From: Tubiluchus corallicola | Taxonomy: Eukaryota > Animalia > Priapulida | Direction of reading: 5' to 3' | Length of the DNA: 64,000 nt | NCBI GenBank assembly: GCA_030141605.1 | Contig: JAQGDQ010000471.1 | Location: forward strand, 1 to 64,000 | In this document: in pieces, positions 1 to 10,300 of the stretch | How the letters are laid out: every line of letters starts with the position of its first letter | How positions within the stretch are numbered: position 1 is the first letter of the stretch | The notes under the pieces: generated by a model | What the model saw: only the letters and a program-made list of their open reading frames with translations | Told to the model about the DNA's origin: nothing | The model's database searches: none | Position numbers and translations under genes: made by a program

Positions 1-21
1 ATATATATATATATATATATA
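1..21. repeat. (TA)n microsatellite, truncated by the window edge
   Basis: Pure AT dinucleotide run. Confidence 0.95.
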
Positions 22-600
22 AGATTCGAGGCTACAGCCCGGACGAGGGCACCATTTGCGGCGATCTTTATATCAAAAGAAAGGTCTCGATCTAGTGTCG
101 TCTCATTGGGGGTTTATTTTTCGAATCGGGCCCACCGGGAGGAACGGGGGGCGAAAAACCTCCAAAAATGGCCCTTTTTCGGCCATTTTTTGCAAAACTT
201 ATACCTCTTATTTCTGAAGAACTGGAATGGGCCGAGGGTGGTGCTGGGTATGGATAGATAGCCCGTTCAGCGGTGGGTGTAGTAGGCATATTTAGAATTC
301 CCGAGAGGACCACGGAGTCCCGCAACGGGCGTTTTCCCGGACCCAACTCGCGATTTTTTCGAAATTTTGACCAAACAGCCTGCGGAAAAAACGTTCTAGC
401 GTCGCCTGGTGGGACTCTCGGAAGGAGATATACGGCTCATCAGAAACAGGAAGAACGGGGCTACACGATGATGTGGGCTATATGTTAGGGCTGGTCCACC
501 GAGAGGAGTACCGAGGAGTTAATTACGTGTTCTATTTTCGACAATTTTCGCCTTAGAAAACTGCTGACGCAAAGGCATTATTCTGACGTATCCATTATTG
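22..600. mobile_element. GC-rich putative terminal/subterminal region of an unidentified mobile element abutting (TA)n
   Basis: Abrupt switch from (TA)n to GC-rich non-coding sequence with short hairpins (AAAATGGCC-CTTTTTC-GGCCATTTT ~165-189). No matching other end found in the window. Confidence 0.35.
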
Positions 601-1167
601 CTTATAGCTTTAATTCAGCAAAAAGCTGCCTGCTGGCTTTGCGTCGAGAGAAAATAAAATAAGTTTGCATTAAGTATAATATTTTGAAAACCAGCAATAG
701 TATGTCTTCCCTTTAATTTTGATTTTAAATGCGTAATACTAAATCTATGTACAGTCGTTTTTCTCAACTCATTTGCTTTCTTGTTAAGCACTACTTATTG
801 TTTGTTACTATTTTCTTGTTTTTCCGATCTTGTTCTTTATTAAATAAATTTATTTGAGGTTCATCGCACCAAATCAAAGCCGTACTGCGTTTTGGCTCAT
901 CCACAATATTATTAAAGTACCAATTATATAACTTGTGTATGAGTTCACAGCTTACAGCATATAGAGGCAAATAATGGCTAATACGTTCAAAACGACATTA
1001 TTTGATTGAATATTAACCACTAAACGGTTAAAACTAAGTTTTATTTGACATATGCAATGTGTATATTATTGTTATGAATGAAAGAAAAATAAAAAATATT
1101 GTGTTTGAATTTATGTTTAAAATTAAATTTTAAAAATTAGGGGAAAGTTGAATTTGCAAAATCAGAA

Positions 1168-1213
1168 TTTTCTTTCGGATAAATTTTGTGGCCCTGAAAA
1201 GGGCCGGTTGGTT
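1168..1213 (-). terminator. Histone-type 3' stem-loop with putative histone downstream element (HDE)
   Basis: Minus strand reads AACCAACC-GGCCCT-TTTC-AGGGCC-ACAAAA-TTTATCC-GAAAGAAAA: 6-bp stem and 4-nt loop at 1190-1205, A/C-rich flanks, purine-rich element at 1168-1176. Confidence 0.85.
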
Positions 1214-1216
1214 ATA

Positions 1217-1384
1217 TTAGATCTCTTTGGCTTTGGTGTTCGGAAGCGGAAGTCTATCTCTATGCAGAAGTGGTTCTCTATGACAGCGTGCTTGGATAGT
1301 TCCAATTTCAGTTGAAGAAATTGTAAACGCAATAGTTGGGTCTGGTTGGGCGCCGTCTGTTGTTGTTGTATGGTCGTTGTCCAT
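1217..1384 (-). CDS. Short overlapping ORF (55 aa) ending 11 nt before the histone stem-loop
   Basis: MDNDHTTTTDGAQPDPTIAFTISSTEIGTIQARCHREPLLHRDRLPLPNTKAKEI*. No recognisable homology. Confidence 0.25.
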   Translation of the reverse strand: MDNDHTTTTDGAQPDPTIAFTISSTEIGTIQARCHREPLLHRDRLPLPNTKAKEI

Positions 1385-1706
1385 ATGGTCTGTTTCTGTA
1401 CCTGTTTCTGCGATTTATATTTTGCTGTTGTTATAATTGTTGCTGTTGCTGTAATTATTGTTGTTGTTGTTGCTGTATGTGTGAAATTCGTTCAAGTTGT
1501 GTTTGCACGTGTGCCATGAATTGTCCAAGAATTTATTGTTGGTGTTGTGGTTGTTGTTGTTGTGACTGTGGTGGCTGTTGTTCTTGTGGCTGTTGTTGTT
1601 GTGGCTGTGGCTGTTGTTGTTGTGGCTGTTGTTCTTGTTGCTGTTGTTGTCGTCTATTGCATGCCGGATTCAATTGCAATCCTTCCAGTCTCTGTAACAT
1701 AGACAT
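1308..1706 (-). pseudogene. Interrupted poly-Q ORF with Arg/Asn-rich tail (non-histone)
   Basis: One frame: MSMLQRLEGLQLNPACNRRQQQ...PQHQQ*ILGQFMAHVQTQLERISHIQQQQQQ*LQQQQQL*QQQNINRRNRYRNRPYGQRPYNNNRRRPTRPNYCVYNFFN*. All three internal stops are TAA in or beside CAA/CAG runs. Confidence 0.5.
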
Positions 1707-3033
1707 ATTTTTGTTAAAAAAACAAAGATTTTTCAAACAACATGGAAAATTATTCTTCATTTCATTTACATTCATTTTAAACCCAACATGTTATTCAGAA
1801 AACTTTAGACTTAAATCAGCAGTTTTAGATATTTTGATAATAAATGCTAATGTGTAGGGCTTAGTGATTGTTAAAATATTTATTACCTTCGAAATATTGT
1901 TTTTTCCTCCGAACACCAAAGGACAAACCGAAAGAACACCAAATAACAGGATTAAACGCATTTTGAGGTCGTGGTGAAACCTTGGCGGCTAGGGTATTTT
2001 TATAGTTAGCCTGGGATTAAAGACGACGTTGTTAATTGTTCTTGTTACGCGGACGTTAGAGTACACGTACTGTTTCAGATATTAAGCAGCAAAAATTTTT
2101 ATAGTGTGTACTCCAACGCGAGTGCGAAATATATCAATTCCAATCATAGTGTGTACTCTAACGCCAGAGTAATGTAGTGCACGGTTAATCCTGTTTTCTA
2201 TCCGCCGAAGTGTATAATAAGTGTCAAGTTATTAATTAATATAACGTCGGGTAAATTTAATGTCTGATAAACTCAAGGTCCAGTGCCGGTAGTTTTTAAA
2301 TCTCTAGGCCGCCATAACCACAATTATCATGAAGTATCAACTATCATTTCACGCTGGTAACCCTGGCTTCGTCTTTATCTGCAGGTACCTAAAATTACAG
2401 ACCGCATTAAACATCTTCCTAATATTTCACATATTGCTAAATACACAACTAAACTAACAGCACAAGTACAAAAATTCATTTAAAGAACAGCAACATTTGT
2501 TAAATACTTGACAAACGCATTAAATGACAGTAAGATATTAATATAGGTGTAACTCTGTGATTTTCTGAATACTAGGCGCCCGCTCAATAAATACAGTTTC
2601 CTATCAATCTTTGTTCCCCATTTTTTCTCAATCGTGCATTTTTCAGTAGGTGCTCCAACATCTTAGGTTGGGAGCATGTCTAGACATGGCAAGAATCGAC
2701 TGCTACTTACTTATAATGGAAAGTATAAACTGCATTAATTTATTGTACATTTATAGAAAAGCGTTTATCCGTTTTCTGGTCAGGCGTGTGCAGCATCACA
2801 CCACTATCAAGTGAATCCCAATTAGTAGTGAACAATGGTTATCTATGATTCTCTGGTCTTAACTACGGCTTACACTACATTGTGGACACGTCCTGTTGCA
2901 GCGACTTGCACTCCACATTATTTTAAATGTAGTATGAAAAGAGCAAGCTCAATGTGAAGTTTGCGTCAGATTATTGTTCGCCCTTATACAATTTATCAAA
3001 AAACTTCTTTGGCAAAGGTGACTAACAATTTAA

Positions 3034-3516
3034 AGGACAAGAAAAGGAGGGCCGGAAGTAGGTTTCAGAAATGTCACTTTAAAAAATTATATTACTTTAT
3101 AGCAATTTTTTGCACAATTTATATCGTACTCACGTTATAGCAGTTTTTGCATAATTTATATCACACTCATGTTAAAAGCAATTTTTGCTTGTTTTCATTT
3201 TAAATCTTCCGCAATATTGTTTTGATTGCGCCATTATATGACGTCACTTATGCAAACGTAAATCAGGTGAAGAAAAGGCAACGTTAAATTTTGTTCATGC
3301 CAAATGGTAAAATGTTGCTGCCCCCCATCCTGGGTGTGCCAGTCACTAATCAAAAACGTATCTTTATTCTTATTTTTATCTAAGCCTGTATCAAATGACC
3401 CATTAAAATGGCTGTGCCTAATGGTCAGTATTAATGCCGTTGCAAGCCCCGCATGCAAAAAAAGGCATTATGTAAGTGGTATAAAGTTTTTATGTAAGTG
3501 GATGGTTTTCTTGTGC
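3034..3516. mobile_element. Non-autonomous DNA transposon, Kolobok-like (family A, copy 1)
   Basis: TTAA-AGGACAAGAAAA...TTTTCTTGTGC-TTAA. Internal sequence is colinear with 13845-14465. Confidence 0.65.
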
Positions 3517-3728
3517 TTAATTTGAAAGTTAACTGAATTTTTAAAGATACAAAATATGTCTAATAAATATTTATATCAATTAATTATCATTCCCATAAGC
3601 ACGGCTTAAGAATTCAATATAATACAGTAGTTGTCATTATACTGTTAATACAGTGTATTGTCATGATCATGATTCTAAATATGTTAGGTTTTTAGAATCG
3701 AATGTTCTTGTAGCACACTTTCCTAATA

Positions 3729-3881
3729 GGTTTCATTTTAATTATTTAATTTTAGTACTCATGTTCGTTAGGCCTACCGTTTGTTAGCACGCGCTGATAA
3801 ACAAGGTTTCATTTTAATTATTTAATTTTAGTACTCATGTTCGTTAGGCCTACCGTTTGTTAGCACGCGCTGATAAACAAG
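3729..3881. repeat. Perfect ~76-bp tandem duplication
   Basis: GGTTTCATTTTAATT...GCTGATAAACAAG occurs twice. Confidence 0.9.
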
Positions 3882-6337
3882 CAGTCTTACTCAAATGTCA
3901 ATGATAATAACAAACAAATCACCTACTGCATTACTTCGTGCAATTGTTGCAGACGGCTTAATATGGCGCAGTCTTTCCCGCTAAAAAAGCTACACTGTAC
4001 TTGCGCCACCTATTGCTAGAAATCACTAAATATTGAAAATCTGCCCCAACCGCGACAACTCTAGTACTTCAAGTGGCAATTTCTGTTCTATGGTCAACTC
4101 GGTACTCAATGCGTGTGCATTAATTTGAAAACTTCTAACCAATATTACTTGTTTCTAGTAGGGTCGAACTAATCTCATTGTTCCAATCGAATACAAATGT
4201 GTGCATAAAAAATAAAATAAAATAATTGATTAGTGCTTGAGTTAGGAAATTGCACATTATGACTAAAGGATTAGGGCTTGAATTAGGAAATTGCACATTA
4301 TGACTAAAGTTACTGTGATCAAAGAACGTGTACACACTGAATTGTGCTATATAATTTTTAAATGAACCTATACGAAGCAGCTCATCGGGCCCTAAGCAGC
4401 AGTAAAAGGTGACGAATTGTAAAAATAAAAAAAAGTTTAGTACGACGGTACAGCTGAGCTTTTAAGACGAGAACGTGACTGACCATACTGACTGACGTCA
4501 AATTCACTTTTTTTAAAAAAATATGCGCTTCGGGGAAATTGGTTTCCCATCTCCAGCTTCCAGTTCTGTCAACGAACTGCTTGTACCCTACTTCTTAGCT
4601 AGGCGCCGCTGCCTGCATTTTTTTCTTTTCATCTATGCAGTATTTTGGAAAGAAGTTTACAAAGGTTAACATCTAGGGCCGGATTGACTAACAAGTTTGT
4701 AAGAAACCTCGAACGAATTTAAATGCCTTCTTAGGTTACGAAACCTTTGTTCATAATTCACAATCTTATGAATAAATCATTTCGAAAGAAGCTTTGTAAA
4801 TCCACCCCGGCGGTCATAACTGTAAGTGAAATTTAGTTTACAATTTCATGTCAGTTTAATCAACATGAAGAGAAATTAAACGGAAACATTTAGACGTGAC
4901 GGCAAAGTACAGATTCTCGTTTCCTGATGTTAATGCTACTGTGGCTGATGCTTATTACCTGTGAAAGGACATTTTTGATGATTTTTGGCTCTATTTGAGA
5001 GCATTTCTAAGCAACAGAGGAGTTTGGCATCATGCAATTTCCATGCAAATTCACAACATTATAGCAAAAATTATTAAATTACAGTACTTACAAGAAAAAA
5101 TCGTAGGCACACGTAATATCTGCGCAGTAGACAGCACCAACGTGCCCTTACAGCATGATGCCCATCGCTGTGTTACTTTTTGCGGGAGCCTTGCAATCTC
5201 TAATGACTCAATAATGAGTTGTATAGTAGAACGTTGCAGGCAGGCGAATACTAGACTCAATGTCTGATCGCAGCGGGGCGACACTACAGTATGAAGAACC
5301 CCGATATCATACTAACTTCTCTATGTGTGAAACCACTGATTGGTGTGAGTGAAAAGGAAAAGGACAGATGCCGATCGAGTTTAAAAGTCGAAACAGGTCA
5401 ACAGCGGCATGTTCCCGGGATAATGTTAGTATGTCTCTGAATGTATTTAGTTAAATCTGTTTAGGTGTTATATTATGCACATGAATATGACTATCTCACT
5501 GTAATTTCAGCGCTAAATTTTCGCACATTATTAGGTCTACTACACTGCATTACAAATCCATACATAAACATATTTCTTCCAGTATAAGGAGGGCAGTGCC
5601 TAAATAACCACGTAGTATATAGTGGGATTGAAGGACAAAATAGACATAGGCATAGACATTTTTTATTTATCTCTTCATTTACACCTGATTATGGCGTAAA
5701 TTATTATTAGTTAATTAGGATAAATTATGCAGAAAGGAAAGAGTTAGGGGGTGCAGGAGAAAGTGTAACGAACAATTGGTCGTCAAGTCAGCTACCCTCC
5801 TAGGGTTAGTGTAAATTGTAAAAAAAATGGTAGCACTACTAATTATACGGTGTAATATAATTATGAAGCAGGTTAAGAAAATCAGTTGTGAAGAAATATA
5901 TGCAATGACGACCTGCCAAAAAAGGAAACAAAACATGTATGATAAAATGAAACTAAATAACGAAACGAAAATATGCAGTAGTATTCAATCAAATGTCTGT
6001 TAAGCATAATGCCGGAAGGACTATGGAACAAAAGAACTAATAATATATAAAGAAAGAAATCGGGTAAACAAAATATGCAATGAAATATGAGCATGGAACT
6101 GAATAGACAATATGACTATAAAAAATATAACAAAAAGATGATAACTGTGAAACAATGCGCAAGATAGTATAATAAAATGAATATATCTAGTGAGTAAAAC
6201 GCGAGGAAAGAAAGCGTTGTGCATAGAAAGTTTGACTATTTGCAAATCGTCCGTGTTCGATATTTCTGCATCTGGGCTGCAGATTTATAATTCTGAAAAA
6301 TTTCAGGAAGTATATTATATTTAAATCTATATAAAAA

Positions 6338-6664
6338 TTAGAGCTTGTGTATACTATTATGGTTAGAAATTATGGGATACATTGTGGAAAGGGGTGCTGC
6401 GCCATAGGTATGTATGCTGTATTCTAAATACGGTGAGAATACGTAAGAATATACATTTAATTTCACTGGTTTTATTAACAATATATTAATACTCCTAGAT
6501 ATTTTATTTGCTGCACTGATTGTGTTCTGGCATTTCTTATTGTCAAAAGTGAAAAAGTTAGTATCATCAGCAAGCGGTCTTGTATGTAATTGAGTATTAA
6601 AAGGCAGATCATTTATGTAGAGTAAGAAAAAGAGATGAGGCTCGAGGAACACCACACTGTGCAT
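6338..6664 (-). mobile_element. Degenerate LINE (CR1/L2-group) reverse transcriptase fragment
   Basis: LFFLLYINDLP...LADDT motif and YSYVFSPYLEYS...YG. Confidence 0.8.
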
Positions 6665-7343
6665 TTACCTGATCCTAGTTTTTATTTGTGATAGATGTAT
6701 ATTGTTAAAATGTGCTGCACTTTGCAACTGCTGATAATTTTTAAAAGTATTTAAGACATTTTGTATGCATGCTATGCTAATCTGTAGAAAATCATCTCTA
6801 AAGTGCTGTACCTTGCACAGTTTTCTGTGCTATGTAGATTTTTTTAGTTTTACCATTTTATCGCTATTTTTAGTCTATTGTTATTGGCTTAAATCAAAAT
6901 AACTATTAACAGATCAAATAACTGTCAGTTTTAAAATTTTATTAATTTTAAAGGCAGAAAATATTCTCGTTTTGCACGGGATACAACGGGCATGAAAATG
7001 TTAACCAGAAGGAAGGGATTTGACAAACTGTTGAAGGAAGAAATTTGAGAAATTTGACATCGGTGTCCGACTGCGTGTGCTGTATGACGATATTAGTGAT
7101 TAAACCTGACTAGAATAGAATGTATCCAAAACAAGTTCGCATATTTTGCCTGTAAGTGAATCAACGTGAAACGAGTGAACGACGTCAAAGAGGCGAACAA
7201 GAATTGATCACAGACTAACTAATATTAAAGGAGCATACCTCGCTGCTTTTAGTGGTTTATGTGGGACCTGTGGATAAGAAACATTCATTTTCAAATTTGT
7301 TTGTGTTTAATATTTGTGAATACGTAAACTTCGAAAACCAACA

Positions 7344-10300
7344 ATGGGGAAAGGTTTCAATAATTTTATGGGCAAAAAGGATTTTCATCCTGCATCATAT
7401 GCTAACATAAAAAGAGTAAGTTTCATAATTTAAAAATGAAAGTTTTGGACTTTTTGTTTCATTTTATTTTGATTTTGTTTCATTTTGTTTTGTAAATTTC
7501 GTATATTTATAATTATATGGCTATACCAGTAGTACTAGTCTGGCAGCTGTTGTCCTAACACTTCAATCCGCAGCTATTTTTGCTTTTTTAGTATTAAAAT
7601 GTTCCCTTAGGTGGATTTTTGCTTGTGCTGTATTTTGCTGGACCACTAAGCAAGGACTTATTTTAGGCCGACTGGCATTTGCAGGTCTGTATGAGATGTA
7701 GTATGCCAACTTACAATGTGTACATTAGTGTTTATGAGAGCTTTCGTAATTAGATCATTATCCCTGAGGTCACACTAGTGTATTTTTCTTATTATTCAGG
7801 TTTGGATAGCTGAGCAGAAGAAAGCTGATTTTGAAAAGAAACAGGAAGAGCTAAAACTGCAGTATGAAAAAGAACAAGAATTATACAACAACAGGTAAGC
7901 ATGCCAGTAGCTGTGGTTTCTCTCACAAAATTAATGTCAGGCTAAGGTAGGGAGGCACCAAATATTCGGATTACCGATTTTCTTCCCCGAATATCAGTGC
8001 AAAAATCCAGCACACTTCGGTTATAAATATTTAATTGTTGTATTTAATTGTTTGCAAAAACAATTGAGCAGCACTACACTGATTTTAGATTTTTTCACAG
8101 AATGCTTAGTGATTAACGTCACATAAGTGCATTATAATAGTTAATGTGTTTACCACTCGGTAACAGCTAGTTGATAGACTTCCACATTCATTTTTTTCAA
8201 CTCTGTCATATGTTTTAGGGCGTTGTTGGGCAATGACGAAAAGCTAAAACTAGGGCTGAGCTTCATGTACGATGCGCCACCTGGTGCAAAAAAAGAGCGA
8301 GAAAAAGAAGACGATGAACCCGAGTACAAATTTGAGTGGCAGAGGAAGTACACGGCTCCACGAGAATCGTAAGTCGGTTTTGCAGTACGAACTGTTCTGC
8401 TTTGGTGTTGCTGCCCTCATTGTGTGATTGATGTTCTCTTATGTACGCTTCTGTCTTGATGTGACGTATAGGAACTAACTGCAATACAATTCTCAGCAAC
8501 TAGCCTCGAATGCTGTGTTCCTAAGTCAGTTTATGCAGGCACTCACACTATATTATAGAAAGAAACAGCTTTATTAAAACTTTGAAATATGCAAATAGTA
8601 GAAACATTTGAAACATCAAGCGTGTTAACGTCTGGCTTGTTTTTACTAGCTGAAACGTCTGGCTTATTTTTGCTAGCTGAAACGTCTGGCTTGTTTTTGC
8701 TAGCTGAAACGTCTGGCTTGTTCTTACTAGTCGAAATATTTGGCTTGTTTTTACTAGTTGAAAATTTAGCTTGTTTTTACTAGTTGAAACGTCTGGCTTG
8801 TTTTTACTACATGAAACGTTTGGCTTGTTTTTGCTACATGAAACGTTTGGCTTGTTTTACTAGTCGAAAAATTTGACTTGCTTTGCTAGTCGAGACATTT
8901 GGCTTGTTTTTACTAGAAGAACACTTGACTCGTTTTGTCTTTGTTTCAATAATATTTTAAAAACATATTTATATCAGAAAGATCCTAGTGATATTACAAG
9001 TAATTCTTAGCAACTATTATTTTCCTTTATATTAGCCATCTTTAGCATTAAAAATATTACTTTTTGTAGCCACTTGTCAATCCAGTTGTCAAAAACTTGT
9101 TGATGATTGTTGAAGATTGTTGAAGACGTTGTTTTGGAAAGTTTTAACATTTTTTGCTGTTGTAGGTATGCTAGAAATGATGAAGCTATTAGGGATCAAC
9201 CGTTTGGTATCGAAGTTCGCAATGTCCGGTGTTTAAAGTGTCGCAAATGGGGACACATCAATACAGACAAGGTGTGTCCTCTTTATGGCAAGTCTAGCTT
9301 ACTGAATGAACCTGCGAATGCTGAAGCCGAAACAGAAGAGAAAGGTAATAAAGGTGCAGTCAGTCTTACAGGTCTAGAGTGGTTAATATTGGTAGAGTTT
9401 ATTGAGTTAAATCAAAACAGGTTGGTCTTGCATAGCCACCCCATTTTGAAATTTGAAGTATGGTGAAAGGTATACATTTAAGAGATATAATTGCCAAAGA
9501 ATTTCTGGTAAATAAATAACAGGTTTAAGAACATAATTAATGGCCGGTAAACCCAACTGGTGATGGTATCGCAATTGAGTATAATTTTTAACAGCTCAAG
9601 CATTCTATGAGCATGTTGCAATGCTTGCAAAAGGGAAAATTCAAATACAGTGCTACTGTACAGCATTCAGTGTGATATAGAAAAACTCCGCAAATTTTAA
9701 GTTTTAAGTTTAAGATTTCAAGTTCACGCACGCGTGAGTTTTCGAATGTGTATACTACGTCTCAACTGAACACCTCTGAACTGAAAGGTACAAAGCCCTT
9801 GTTTTTTGTGCAACTTGTTTCTAAGAATCAAGCACTAGTGTTTCTAACTAGTGAAATGCGTGTAACAACGAAGACCTAGCGAAGTGAACGCAAAATTGGC
9901 TTTTTGAGGTAATAATTCTTTCACGCAAGTCATTCTTGGAAAACTAGTATGTTCCCTCTTAATATTTTATATGGTAGGTTGTTTTGAGCTATAGTTTAAG
10001 ACTGGGCCTGGTATTCCTTTAAACTGGGCATTTTTTCCCATACCAAGAGGAAAATTTTATTTTTACGATTCTGCAGCACTCTTTGTTTAGTAAATTGTAA
10101 CCAAAATTTGTAGCACTTTTCCTTGCAAATTTATTCCACTGGTGATTCGTTGTTTTTAGAATTAAGACACAGCAGCAAACTTATAAACAGGCGCATCTTA
10201 TTGGGCTTTCTTACTGGCCAATTGCAAGACAGTTGACATTTGTGCTGGCCAATTGCAAGTCAGTTGACATTCTTGCTGGTTGTTTGCTGAACATAACGAC

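Noticed and set aside
1336-1857. Cys-rich 173-aa plus-strand ORF (metallothionein- or keratin-associated-like)
   Set aside because: It is the antisense reading of the CAA/CAG repeats. The stem-loop orientation supports the minus strand.
4995-5310. ORFs with ICAVDSTNVPL (Harbinger-like, plus) or GHVGAVYC (WD40-like, minus) and a minus-strand donor at 5091
   Set aside because: The motifs are short, sit in different frames with stops and have no partner exons, so I cannot assign them.
8501-8511. 11-nt inverted match to the element start at ~25-35
   Set aside because: Too short, inside a CIR1 intron and without (TA)n or a TSD, so probably chance.
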